A DNA stretch of 61,842 nt, filler included, from Choristocarpus tenellus KU-1152 (Eukaryota > Protista > Phaeophyceae), in the NCBI GenBank assembly GCA_964200185.2. It is 9 parts of 9 records of this genome, joined end to end, with 100 filler letters (N's around TTAATTAATTAA, not from the genome) between each part and the next. Parts side by side here need not be neighbours in the genome. Positions count along the whole stretch, not along the records: positions 6,863 to 17,824 come from CAXNAD020002600.1; positions 17,925 to 21,272 come from CAXNAD020020640.1; positions 21,373 to 25,068 come from CAXNAD020018451.1; 6 more parts are not named here. The stretch is one strand, 5' to 3'. Made by a program: the position numbers and the translations under genes. Each line of letters starts with the position of its first letter. The stretch's first letter is position 1. The notes beneath the pieces are model-generated. The model was not told the DNA's origin. It did no database searches and saw nothing but the letters and a program-made list of their open reading frames with translations. Shown here piece by piece: positions 13,601 through 25,168 of this stretch.

Positions 13601-16600
13601 CTATGTATGGTACCAGACGTGGTACACGGAGACTCTTTTGCCAACGATCTAGCAGAAGATGCCCTGCTTATGTCATGAGGATACGGTTGTGCAGCTGGAC
13701 AGTGCCATGCCCACACTGACCACGACACCCTGCGGAAGCTCAGGGGGGCCGGCAGGGAGGGGGGATGGAATAGCAAGCTCGTGATGCAGCCAGCGCAATC
13801 GCCAGACCTGAACGTTACAGATCTGTTTTTTTTTTTGTGTCCCTCAAAAGCAGAGTCTGCTTTTGACAATGTTGATGGTTGGGTGCGTTTTGGCAATGTT
13901 GATGAGTGCGAGAGCGAGGCGCTTGAGAGGGTGTGGCAAAACCTTTTCAAGAGGTACACACAAGTGCTAAAAGCACGGGGTGAAAATGATTTCGAGGTCG
14001 AGCACACAGGAAGGGAATAATTGCAGAGAGTGAGGGAGTTGGTGAGAGTTGTGGAAATTGAGAAAGGCACTTAGGGGGCGGCGCTTGCTTGGTGGATTGA
14101 TGCATAGGGGAACAGTGCCGGCGAATGATTCTAATCCGAAAAATGTCGAGGAATCCAGCACAACAAACCGTTTTGCAATTGGAGCTGATCTTGAAGAGCT
14201 ATACATATAATCATGTAAACTTATGGAACCGAAGGAGTATATATATATTTCAAGAGTGACAAATGGGAAACCTTGATCCACGGGGTTTCTTTCTTGTGTG
14301 CACCTAACTAAGCCTTTGCTTTCTCCTGGGAGGTGGTAAGCAGAACCTCAAGCTTTGGTCCCTTCTGCTTGTTTTCATCTCCACTCGATATTCCTCTCTT
14401 TTCCCTCATCATGTGGGAGTGTATATAGGGTACATAGGTCAATGTCATGCTCATACTCATAATTGAGGTTATCACCCCCAGTGCCCTCACAGTGCATAGG
14501 CAGTCTCATTGCCAAGGAGATGATATGAAGGTGCTATTAATAGGAGCTGCACAATGTCTGAAATATCAGAAATCAAATTATTAATTATCAGACTTACCAA
14601 ACCTTGATTAGAACTTGTGAAAACCTTGATTTTTTTTTGGTCATTTGTTGATTCATTTTACTGGACTGATTGAATCGCTATAGTTTATAGAAAAAATGAT
14701 AAAAATAGGCCATCATGTTTTCTCGAATGCTGTTGCACTTTTCTTTTTCCAATACAAGCTGTGATAATTTGAAGGCTTGCTCAAATAATGATGGACATGC
14801 AGGCAGTGCAGCTTGATCTGTTCGGGTTGCTCCCCAATACCATGTTACCTTGAACTTGTGAAGTTTTGGTATGGTGGTGATCATTAATATATGCAGAAGA
14901 AACTTGTGCCCTGTTGCATGAGCTCTTCATGATCTACCACCAATTTTTACGCGGACTGAGTTAGAACCCAGCATAACCAGACGTCCAACAGATACATGCT
15001 TCAACTTACTCAATCAATGAGAAGTACTCTACAGTTGTACAAACCTTGATTTTTCCGTATGTTCTGCACCATTTATTTGTTATCGAGGGAGATCTAGATA
15101 GAGTAGTATTGAATTAAAAGGATGGTTCCATTCACCTGCCAAAGGGTTGGAGGCGTCTATTTTTGAGATGATTTTCATGCATGCTGGAATGTATGCGCGT
15201 GGGAGAATAGCTGGGATCTAGATGAGGGTGTGCTAATGCTCTCTGGTTTAATGTTCAAACTGTGTAAGTATAGGGCTCTATGCCTTTATAGTAGGAGGAA
15301 GGCATGGTTTCATGTATATATGCGTACATGTTAAGTTGAACTCCAGTGTTTGCATCCAAGGTACTATCTGGAGTGCCTCGGCAGAACAGAGTACTTTAAT
15401 GCCCTCATTCCAAGTCCTTCTGGGCCTCTTTCTAACCTATATGATCGATGTTTTAACGTCTCTGCTGCATTAATAGGTGATATTTAGCATGCTGATGCTC
15501 TTCTTGAGCTTCAGCATCCTGATGGCAATTGTCATGCTTGGATTTGCCACTGCATTCCTTTCACTCTTCCACAACGATGACAATCGTCCTAGCTATTCAA
15601 CATTTGGCAATGTCCTGCTAACATTGTTCCAGAGCATGCTGGGTAACTTTGACTTGGATGAGCTATCTGACCACTCAGAAGATGAAGGATTGGAGGGCAA
15701 TGACAAAAGCAAAGGGGATGTCGGCGTCATTCTCATGATTGTGTACCTGACCGTGATGGCCATTATTCTCCTGAATCTCCTCATTGCTGTTCTCTCCACA
15801 GCACACTCTAACGAGCAGGACAACATTGAGAAGAAGTTTTGGGCTTCAAGGGCGGAGATCATCATGTATTACACAAGAGAGGTTGGAGATAATGTGTTGC
15901 CTGCTCCCTTCAACTTGGTGCAGGAGCTTTTGTGTCAGGTGGCTGGGTCAAAAATTAGGTGCCATCAAGTACGGGAAGCTGTGGGAAGGTTTTTTTTTTG
16001 GCTTGTGTTGGGGCCACTTGCCATCACCGCTGTAGCAGTTCTGTGGGCTATTTCCATACCCAAGATTTTGTATGAGATCCATGGTGTATGGAGGTCCCAA
16101 AACCCTACAAGATTTTGGTATGGTCCTCGTAGAAGGCGTTCCTTCACTTTGACTGCTATCCTGCTCTGCTTTGGTGGTGCTCCCCTGTATCTTACTGTGA
16201 AGTGGTTTTTGTGCCTTTTCCGCCGGGATGAGGTTGGTGTTTTTGGGAAAATACGTGACCAGAAAAGGATAGCTAAGGGAGGATTTCTTGTTGACGATGC
16301 TCTGGATCTCTTCAAGGACAAGGTGAGCCAGGAACTCATTGCCCAGGTGGTACGAGAGCAAATCAAGGACCCCATGGTGTGGGGTGATGAGGACTGTGAC
16401 GAGGACCAACCTTCAACTGCTACCGTGGAGCATATGAAGCGCCTGCGAGATCATGTCAACTCAAAATCGGCTGACTTAGAGACCAGGATGGAAGGTGTTG
16501 AGGCGAAGATAATGGAGGTCGAGGTCAAGATGACTGCGATGGAACTAAAGCTGCAGAATTCCATAAATCTTCTTCACAAGGACATGATAAATGTGCTGTC

Positions 16601-16679
16601 GAGAGGGGCAAATAGCAATGCCAACGTGGGGGGCGTAGGGACACTTGTCAAGCGAATGCCTTCTGTTCGGTCAATATAA
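7646..16679 (+). CDS. Ankyrin-repeat TRP-family cation channel, multi-exon, probably 5'-truncated by the contig edge
   Basis: In-phase GT-AG exons 7646-7774, 8452-8580, 9390-9539, 10210-11322, 11570-11833 and 15477-16679 (stop). Ankyrin-like motifs (NLLMHAVKGG, KSAMHLAASRG) precede hydrophobic helices with TRP hallmarks: YFSDRWNRMDI (S2-S3), GPMVQV (S4-S5 linker), pore helix/filter LLTLFQSMLGNFD, S6 ILLNLLIAVLSTAH, and a C-terminal coiled-coil-like segment. Confidence 0.88.
8085..8272. mobile_element. MITE family A (~185 bp), in a TRP intron
   Basis: TIRs GGCTCAAAGTATCT-G-run ... C-run-AGATACTTTGAACC. Full copies in opposite orientation at 46981-47160 and 49386-49565; terminal fragments near contig edges (~6900-6952, 17925-17949, 47981-48030). 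Confidence 0.8.
12511..14237 (+). mobile_element. Decayed Tc1/mariner element, DD39D (plant mariner/Stowaway-type) lineage, inside the last TRP intron
   Basis: Imperfect TIRs TTCCTCTGTTCCGTAAGTTT / AAACTTATGGAACCGAAGGAG, each flanked by TA. The broken transposase at ~12780-14020 shows RKRSGRP, TVHVDDTWFY, HITKIMFISAVSR, FDGKI and QPAQSPDLNVTDL, with several stops and frameshifts. Confidence 0.88.
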
Positions 16680-18162
16680 CATGTTTTAGGGAACGCCGTT
16701 GTTGTTGTAAATGTTGCTTTCTATACCATTCCTCCTGATCCACAATTTTTTGGTTGTCGTTGGCATGAGCCTAGGGATAATATCTTGAAGTAGAACCAAA
16801 TGCAAAGATACTGAGAGTTATTATTTATTTCTAAAACAGTGTATTTCTAGAATAGGGAAAATTCCGTGTCCAGTATTTTTTTCATGTTAAGCGTTCTTTT
16901 GGATACTGATTGATTTTGTTTCCATTTAAGCTGTGTGAGACTTGACTCACTCAACCACACATCATGGTAGGTCCAGTAAACGTTTAGTGTAGCACTGTTC
17001 AACAAGCAAATGTGTTCTAGTAGATATTTTCAAATTGTCCTGCATTGTACTCCTACTTGATAGAGGGAGATATGGTCTGGAGTTTTAGTTGTCGTGTTGT
17101 TTCGTACTGTCTATGCACGTCTTTGTATCCATGTATGTCCTTTGGGTATGGTGTATTTAGGTTCGTTTCCATGCTCCAGTGAGTAATGTGTGTCGATAGG
17201 ACATATCCACATGTTTTTGATAAACGGTCAAGATTTCACCAATTTCAGGTGAAGAATAGTCAGCAGGATATTATTAAATTGTTCGAAGTATGTAGTTTAA
17301 TCAGCTACAAGAACTTCCCCTATAATCGGGTCTATTTTCATTCTATGGTTTCTAATCTCTATGCGCTCAAGATGACCACAAGCGTTTAACAGATAAAAAA
17401 AGCAGAGTAGAGATGAAGTATTGTGTAATTTCTCGAATAAGTCTGCTTTCCATTACGTTCTGCTAGTAGTATCGTACATATGCAACGTCAGTAGGCAGTA
17501 GATCAATAAATGGAAACTCGTTAATAATATACCAACACCATCAAGTTGCAACCAGTGAATAATACTCTAAGGAATTGTTGTGGTTCCAACTGGCTGATAT
17601 GTCTCGTTTGCAGGAGGAAGCACTATGACAAAAAGTGGAGACACAATGCTTGCTTTAACGAATGTGTCTCTAGAGTGGAAGAAAGAGAAGATCGAGCCAG
17701 TTCTTTGTGATGGCAATAGAACACAACACGGGTAGGGATGTACTCTGCAACTTGCAATTTGTTGGGGTTTGTCACCTGTGGAAGTAACAGGGGATTCGCA
17801 AAATTGAGGATGGAGCGGGACTGTNNNNNNNNNNNNNNNNNNNNNNNNNNNNNNNNNNNNNNNNNNNNTTAATTAATTAANNNNNNNNNNNNNNNNNNNN
17901 NNNNNNNNNNNNNNNNNNNNNNNNCCCCCCCTCCCAGATACTTTGAGCCTGTTTATTAGGCCATACAAACAGGAGACAAAGACACATCTTGTATCATGAA
18001 ATTTTGTCTCAGATTGTCTGAGCATCACCCAATTGCAAACCTCATCTCTCTTACTTGCCACCATACTGACAATTGCAATCCTCCAGGACGGCTTGCATAG
18101 GACTTAAATAACAACAATTGGAATAAAAGGCATAATCACAATAACATACCTATATTAGTTTA

Positions 18163-19818
18163 CTACCTCCGTTCTATAAGTCTGCTGCATAGTCCACCAT
18201 AACTTTTGAAAATGTTGATGAAATTCATTTCTGAAAGATTTGGAACCCTTGACGAATTTCTGGTTAGGGTCAGCTCTTTTTATTATTATTACTCCCCATC
18301 CATCACAATTTTAACAGTCACAGAAAAAGTCTCCATGTCTACCTTAGGCATGTTTTCAAGCTCACCAGACAGCGGCCTCTTCCTTACCCCTGTGTGCTCC
18401 ACACTGAAGTCATTCCCCCCTTTGTATCTAAGTACTTGATTGTACACCACAAAAAGGAGCTGCCAAGCCCTCTCAGGTTTGGTTTCATCATACTCCCCAT
18501 ACTCTTTATTAATGACCTTCACCATTTCCTCAACAGACCCAAACCGCTCCCTCAACACTTAGCATTTCAAAGACCTGAAGAAGCACAGGTCCATGATGTT
18601 GAGGCCGGGGGAGTTAGTTGGCTGCGTCACAATCCTAATCAACCACCCCTCAGTCGTCCCTGCCCCTGACAAGATTTTTGAGTTGCCCTTGCCCGTGTGG
18701 GGGGTGGCACCGTCTTGATGAATGGCAACATACTTCCCCTGCAACCAAGGCACCTTGGTCTTGATTGGAGGCAGTAACTCCTCCGTGTACCACTTCCTGT
18801 ACCACAAATGGTCTAAAGTACAGTCCTGCTCATACACATCCCCCTTTTTATGGTTCTTACTTGTCTTGTCTGCCGTTTTTGGTGCACACACACACCAAAC
18901 ATCAACCTTTCCGTCAAAGCTGTGAGCCGAATCTGGGCAGACACTGGCTGCAATGATCATGGTTTTGGGGATATTACTCTTGTGCTGTGTGTGCACAGTA
19001 GGGAACTCTGGAAATAGCTATCATCCTCATGCGGAAATACCCTAACCCTTTCCCCATCAGCCATCACAGAAAACCAGGCTTCACCCACATGGATCGTGTT
19101 CACCATGGAGGCGTACAAACCACATTTTCGGTCCACTTGATCTCAAACATAGTCTATTCTCCATATGTTTTGCCACTATGTAAGTTTGGGTTTTATCCAG
19201 CAGCAATTCAGCATGGCCTCCACATCATCCTACCACCTGTTTATGGTGCTCATGCCATAATTCAGCCCCTTGGCGGCCATCTTCATGGTCACCTGGTGCA
19301 CTGTGGATGACCAATTATCGGAGTTGATACTATGTATTGTGGCCATCTTGATCAGTCTGAGCTCCGAAGGTCGCCCACTATGTGCCGCCACCCCTAGGTC
19401 AAGCGTGTGGCCATGGGTGGGCTGATCGGCGACGTCCTCCCAAACCCTCACGTGTAACGCTAGGATACTCCAAACTCCACTGCGAGGGCCGGCCCAACGT
19501 GTCAAAGCATTTCATGCTCACCAGGGACCATCGCGAGGGCACGCCGCACTGCAAGCGCAACCCTGGTATTCAGGGACACTTGGGCACCCTTCCTACAAGG
19601 GGGGGTCGACTGGGGGGGTTGCCATGCCAACGTTCTGACCCTCAAAATCACCCCCAAAGACCCCTACTATGACGGCTTGAAGCACCTTGACCCCCACCTT
19701 TTCTGAAAGCTGAGATTGTCAACCCGATTTCATTCTGTCGGAATATTGTCCGAATCTGTGCTGTTCTCGTTTGGCAAGACCAGATGGTTCGCGGCACAAA
19801 CTTATGACACAGATGTAG
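18163..19818 (-). mobile_element. Second decayed DD39D-like mariner element
   Basis: TIRs CTACCTCCGTTCTATAAGT / AACTTATGACACAGATGTAG with TA flanks. Minus-strand fragments 19230-19505 (HSGRP), 18559-18996 (IPKTMI, FDGKV, HQDGATPH, QPTNSPGLNIMDL) and 18289-18558 (GGNDFSVEH). Confidence 0.88.
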
Positions 19819-19898
19819 TACAATAACAGTGGTGCACTTATCGTATCAAACAAATCCTTGTTCAGTACAATCTACACCAACCATAAGCTTGCGATGAA

Positions 19899-19905
<7 letters not shown>

Positions 19906-19940
<35 letters not shown>
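19906..19940. repeat. (TA)n microsatellite
   Basis: Uninterrupted AT dinucleotide run. Confidence 0.9.
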
Positions 19941-19943
<3 letters not shown>

Positions 19944-21195
19944 GCAGCCATACATACTTCAAAAGCTAGTGAAACATCTCTGCCCAAACACAAAAAGAGA
20001 TCAAAAAGACACATTTATTCATTTTCATTGGACCAAAATATGTGAGATAGGCTCAGTTCGTGACGGGGTTTCATGCCATCACCCAAAACACAAATCAACT
20101 CAAAATTATACCAGGAACTTTCCGTCAATATTCTTCAACTGCCGATTTCAAAAAAATACAAAATTCTCCCGTCAATCCTATTTCTGCATCAACCCTAAAA
20201 CCTTCAACCCAACACTACAGTGGGGAAAAAAAAAAATGATTTCCTTCGGAGTACATACAACCCTGCACCAAAGTTGCAGTTTCACACCTTAAAAAGAATA
20301 TGAAAAAACAGCAACACTACACCGTGAATATAATATACAAAATGTATACATTGTGTATTACTGAGTAAGAAACAGTGTGCGAAAAAGATAACAAACTACA
20401 TAGTGAAACCAAGATACCTGTGGCGTTCGACGATTGGGGATTTGTGAGTCTTGCAATAATGTTCACTACAGAAATTCAAGCCATTCCATTGGCATGAATG
20501 TTACTGAATTGAAAAAACAAAACTATGAACGGGCACCTCGCAGCTGGCAAAAGCAAGGCAAAAGCAAGAGACTGCGTTTCGAATAGTCTCCAATGGTGCA
20601 CTTCATACATGAAACCACCTACCCACTCAAATTCAGCATGAATCTACATCTAGGTCAGCAAAACAGCACTCAAGATATAAAGGCTATCTGTGTGTTACTA
20701 AACACTGGACGATTTTGACTAGCAGGATGGTATCACCATAATAAGACCTGTTGTTTTGCCTTGTACTGTAAAGGTTTGCATTCATAAAAATATAAAAACA
20801 AAAATGACAAAAAGAGGTAAATGAAAAGACGTAAAAAGACGCACAGTATCACTGTGCATAGAACTGAGAGCCAATCAGATCAACAAATTGTAAATAATAA
20901 AAAATGTTGAATAACAAACATCAAGAAAGCACTTGGGTACTGAAGCACAGCTAGCACTAAGGTAACAACAATGAAGCAGAGGTAACACAGCAAGTTCATC
21001 ACAAAAAAAAGCAACTCTTATTTTAATTGAAAAAAACTGATCATCCAGACATTACAAAACCAATAGCAGCAAGCACTTGGGGTACAACAGGGACAGTACA
21101 ATAAAGGTACTTACCCATTGCGGGTCCTATCTCTGCTCCGGTCCCGACTTCTGCTGCGAACACTTGGACTACGGCTTCGGCTGCTTCGCCTGTAC

Positions 21196-21232
<37 letters not shown>

Positions 21233-23275
21233 CACAACAAAAGACACACACAGCGACACGCAAAAAACTATANNNNNNNNNNNNNNNNNNNNNNNNNNNN
21301 NNNNNNNNNNNNNNNNTTAATTAATTAANNNNNNNNNNNNNNNNNNNNNNNNNNNNNNNNNNNNNNNNNNNNGGGAGGGGGGCATAGCGTACTCTGTTAT
21401 GGACTTTTGACGTGTGGTTTGTTTGCGTGATTGTGATCCTGAGTCGGTTACATCCTTCTTACTCCCTGAGATATTTTGCTCTCTGCTGTTAACGCTGTGT
21501 GAGGTTATCTTCTGTGTGCATATTTCTCTCTCTCTCTCTCTCTGTGCATGTGTGCATGTGTGCATGTGCCAGGTCTGAGGAATATTGACAATTTAGCTTT
21601 TTTCTCCCCCCTATTTCTCTTTTCTTGAACTTGAATAGTGATAGTGGCGTGATGCGCTCATGTAGTCCTTGTTCAGTACCTAGTACCACGAGTAGCTTCC
21701 TGCCTTCTGGCTGCCACTACTGTGGGCATTGGTCTACCTCGGACCTGCCCATGAGCTACCCCATTTTGTTTGATTATGTGTTGTTGCGGAAGAGTCTGAG
21801 CCTCTACCCGAGGGGTGGTACTTCCTTCCACTTTACGGACAGCTTTTTTTTGGAAACACAAAACTCTGAATTAGTGCTGGATTTCGGTTTGTTCCTGCAT
21901 CTCCAAGTTTGTTTGCAAGCGATTTGAAATGGAAAACTGTCAACATCTGGGTACCTCTGTTTTAACTTTGGTTCTAAGCCGAGACCTTAGAACCACTGAC
22001 AAGTACCCCAACCCCTTCCATTTAGTGGACAACACCCGTTGGTCAGCGACTATGCATAGTCACTATGATTCATGTCTATATATGTATCTAGCGCAACCCC
22101 AGCCTTTCTTGGTCACCCTTGTTGGCAAACGTTCCAGGCATGTCATAGGCTAGTGTTTACACGATCATTTCATAATATGAGGTCGTTATCATTAGACACC
22201 ATGGTCCCATGCTGGTCTCAGTACGCAGGCTGATTCTTGTCGTTATGCACTCTCTGTGTAAGTATGAGGTAGCCTCCATCGTTGTAAAAACTTGTTGATT
22301 AATACATATGTATCAGTATCATCAGGGATTTGAAAAACTGGTGATATAATCAACGGAGGTGCTGAGATGCCATGTGCTCAAAATGAGGTATATCACACAC
22401 ACACAAACACACATTTTTGATCCGAAAAGGGGGTAATAGTTTTATTGAAAAGAAAATTGACTTGATATTTGTGTGGAAGGACAATGAAATATGGAGTGAT
22501 AACAAAATCGCACCCTCTTGGTCCGGAACGTGGGGGTATAAACTGTACCAATTTTTGCCCTTAAGCGATCTAAAATTGTGTTCATTTCTGGCTTCAAACC
22601 CACTATGGTAAGTGCATCCCCTTCTGGATCTACTTGACACCTCTCTATGGGGTAGAAACCCGCCCCCAACATCCCAAAATTGCTTCAATATCCATAATAT
22701 ACCTATTCGCTTTCATTTTCACAATTGAACCTATCGGAAGTTGATACTACACATGTACTGTGAGTATGTCCAATTATGAATATTAATTCTAGTTTTTTGT
22801 TTATCTACTGACTGCTCAACGCTAGTTTAAACTAGTGTGGAGTACTCAGCAAACAGTTGATGTGTCTATATTTTGTGTACTATAATATACTGTACAAACT
22901 CAACCATACATCAAATTATTTTCCAGATTATTGGAAGGAGAATATTTCTTCCAAATTATGAGGTTTGTGGTTATTATTACCATTACAATTACTGTTACTA
23001 TTATTGTTGTCTTCTGGCATATCATTATGGGGTCTCAGAAACCAACCGTTGGTGTGTAAATCTTCTGTGCAGAATACGCATACATATAATATGGTGTACA
23101 CACCTAGCCATCTATCAAAATATTACCCAGACTATTGGAAGGAAATTAATTTTCTAATGTACCATGATAAGGCTCAGGTAAGTCAGAGGTATAGCAGCAA
23201 TGTACACATTACATTAAATTACCACCTTTAAAAGAAGGGTTGTTGTATAGCTCACTCAAATAGTAAATTTTGGAG

Positions 23276-23680
23276 GGGTATCTTTTACGTTGACGACAAC
23301 TGATATTTTTATTGGTTATTTATTATTATTATGCCCTCATTGGTTGTTATCATTTTGGTTTGGCTTTTTCCCTTACTGATTTGCAAGTTGTCACAAGGAA
23401 TAATTATATACATTATGAATATTTTATTGTTCTTTTGCGGCTATTCTTTTGTGGCATATTATACTGTTTGTTATTCCTCAACCGTCCTCAAAGTTTCAGA
23501 ATACTTACCATACTACATATTTCTATACTATCATTACCTAGTATTGTTCATTTGCGGCATATTTTATTATTATAACTTGTGACATTTTGTAGATATGTCA
23601 GGGGAAAAATCGATTCAAACTAATTTAATAACAGAATAACCCCTAAACAAGTAACTATTGTCGTAAAGTGAAAGATATTC
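23276..23680. mobile_element. AT-rich MITE-like element
   Basis: Left GTATCTTTTACGTTGACGACAA is an imperfect inverted match to right TTGTCGTAAAGTGAAAGATAT; the interior is AT-rich and non-coding. Confidence 0.4.
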
Positions 23681-23970
23681 TTATATTTACTATTTTATTA
23701 GCAGATACGCTACACCACACCCCTCCTATGCCTCCAACCTAGCTTAGCCCTACACTCCAGGCCGAGGAGGTAGGGAAGCATTCCAAGAATCTGACATGCC
23801 CCTCCTTGCCCATCTCCCAGGTGTCTCCAGCTTAAAACGCATGACACGTCTTGATAGCGCCACTTGTGTTGTGACGGAGACTATCTGTCGTAATCGGGAT
23901 TTGGCAGCTCCTTTCCTGACATATTACACTGTAGATTATACCCGACCCTTGCTCAGAGTTACCGCACACG

Positions 23971-24150
23971 CAGAGGTACTGTATATTGCACTACTTATCA
24001 TACTCTTTTTGATACTATCGTTACGTACTGTTCCACTACGACTAACTACACTGCTCCACTCAGAGGCACTGTATACTGCACTACTTATCACACTCTTGTT
24101 GATATTATCGTTACGTACTGTTCCACTACGACTTACTGCACTCCTCCGTT
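23971..24150. repeat. Two tandem copies of a 90-bp unit (possibly within an LTR-like fragment)
   Basis: CAGAGG(T/C)ACTGTATA(T/C)TGCACTACTTATCA...CGTTACGTACTGTTCCACTACGACT is repeated at ~90-nt spacing. Confidence 0.8.
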
Positions 24151-24438
24151 CCAGTCTTGCTTTTCGTGGGTCCAGTTCAGCACTCCCTCACGCTGATCAT
24201 CGCTCCTCCTGTCCCCAGATACCCTCCTGAACCCGTTTCCCCTCGACCCGCTCCAAAGAAAGAACTCACCCAATTACCACCATGAAATATGTACGGTGGT
24301 AGTAGTAACGCTTTGACAAAAAAAGGCTAAAAGAAGCTAAGTTGGAAACACATCCATGCTTTTGGAGTATTCCTCTTAGTCTCCTGAAACTAGTACCATG
24401 TAGAATGTCCAATTGGTACCAGGCTTGTCTACCAAGGT

Positions 24439-24711
24439 GAGCCAAAGTATCTTGGAGGGTAGAGCCGCGTCCATTTGGGGGTCAAAATTCAATGTTGCAA
24501 TTTTGATGTAATTTTGGCCATCGTGTTTGTTAGGAAGTATCAATATCCATGTTCCGGGCACACCTTTTCATAGCATACACACTTTACCTTCTTCTCCTAA
24601 ACATTTTCGAGTAGGAAAATGTCATAAAAGAACCCATGGGAAGCCAACCTCCAAATGGACAAACTATGGACAAACAGGGCAAAACTCGTACGCTCTAAGA
24701 TATTTTCACTC
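24439..24711. mobile_element. MITE family B (Sola-like, GAG...CTC termini), ~270 bp
   Basis: TIRs GAGCCAAAGTATCTTGGAG ... CTCTAAGATATTTTCACTC; flanks AGGT/AGAT (near 4-bp TSD). Homologous copies at 46693-46952 and 51099-51342. Confidence 0.8.
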
Positions 24712-24787
24712 AGATGTTGCGGCTCAAAGTTTCTACCTTGATATTTTTGTAGTACAGCCACACATGACAAAATAGCAGTTCAAGCAA

Positions 24788-24892
24788 ATAGCATTATCGG
24801 AACCGGATTTCTGTGAAAAGAAGTCAGGTGTTGAAAGGGGCTCGAACCCGCTGGACTCATCCTGTTGGTGGCTATCCACCACTCCACTAGGA
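24788..24892 (-). mobile_element. tRNA-derived SINE-like repeat
   Basis: Minus strand has A-box-like TGGAGTGGTGG and B-box GGGTTCGAGCCC but no cloverleaf; a second copy lies at ~6088-6185. Confidence 0.45.
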
Positions 24893-25168
24893 GCGTTGGT
24901 ACAGAGGATTGTAAAGACTTACTTAATCCGACTGTAGATCAAGTGAGGCAATGTGTACACTAATTAAGATGACAACCTCCCACAGAACTAAGAATAGGGG
25001 ATGGTCACAATCGGGTTACTCTTGAAGAGTAGGCCCTGTTGTTGGATAATATTACATCATACATACATNNNNNNNNNNNNNNNNNNNNNNNNNNNNNNNN
25101 NNNNNNNNNNNNTTAATTAATTAANNNNNNNNNNNNNNNNNNNNNNNNNNNNNNNNNNNNNNNNNNNN

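Noticed and set aside
12511-19818. Fanzor/TnpB cargo inside the mariner or Sola-like elements
   Set aside because: The mariners are ~1.7 kb and filled by the transposase alone. I saw no RuvC (DPG / RD.NAA.N) motifs in the window by eye, though a profile search would be needed to exclude very degraded copies.
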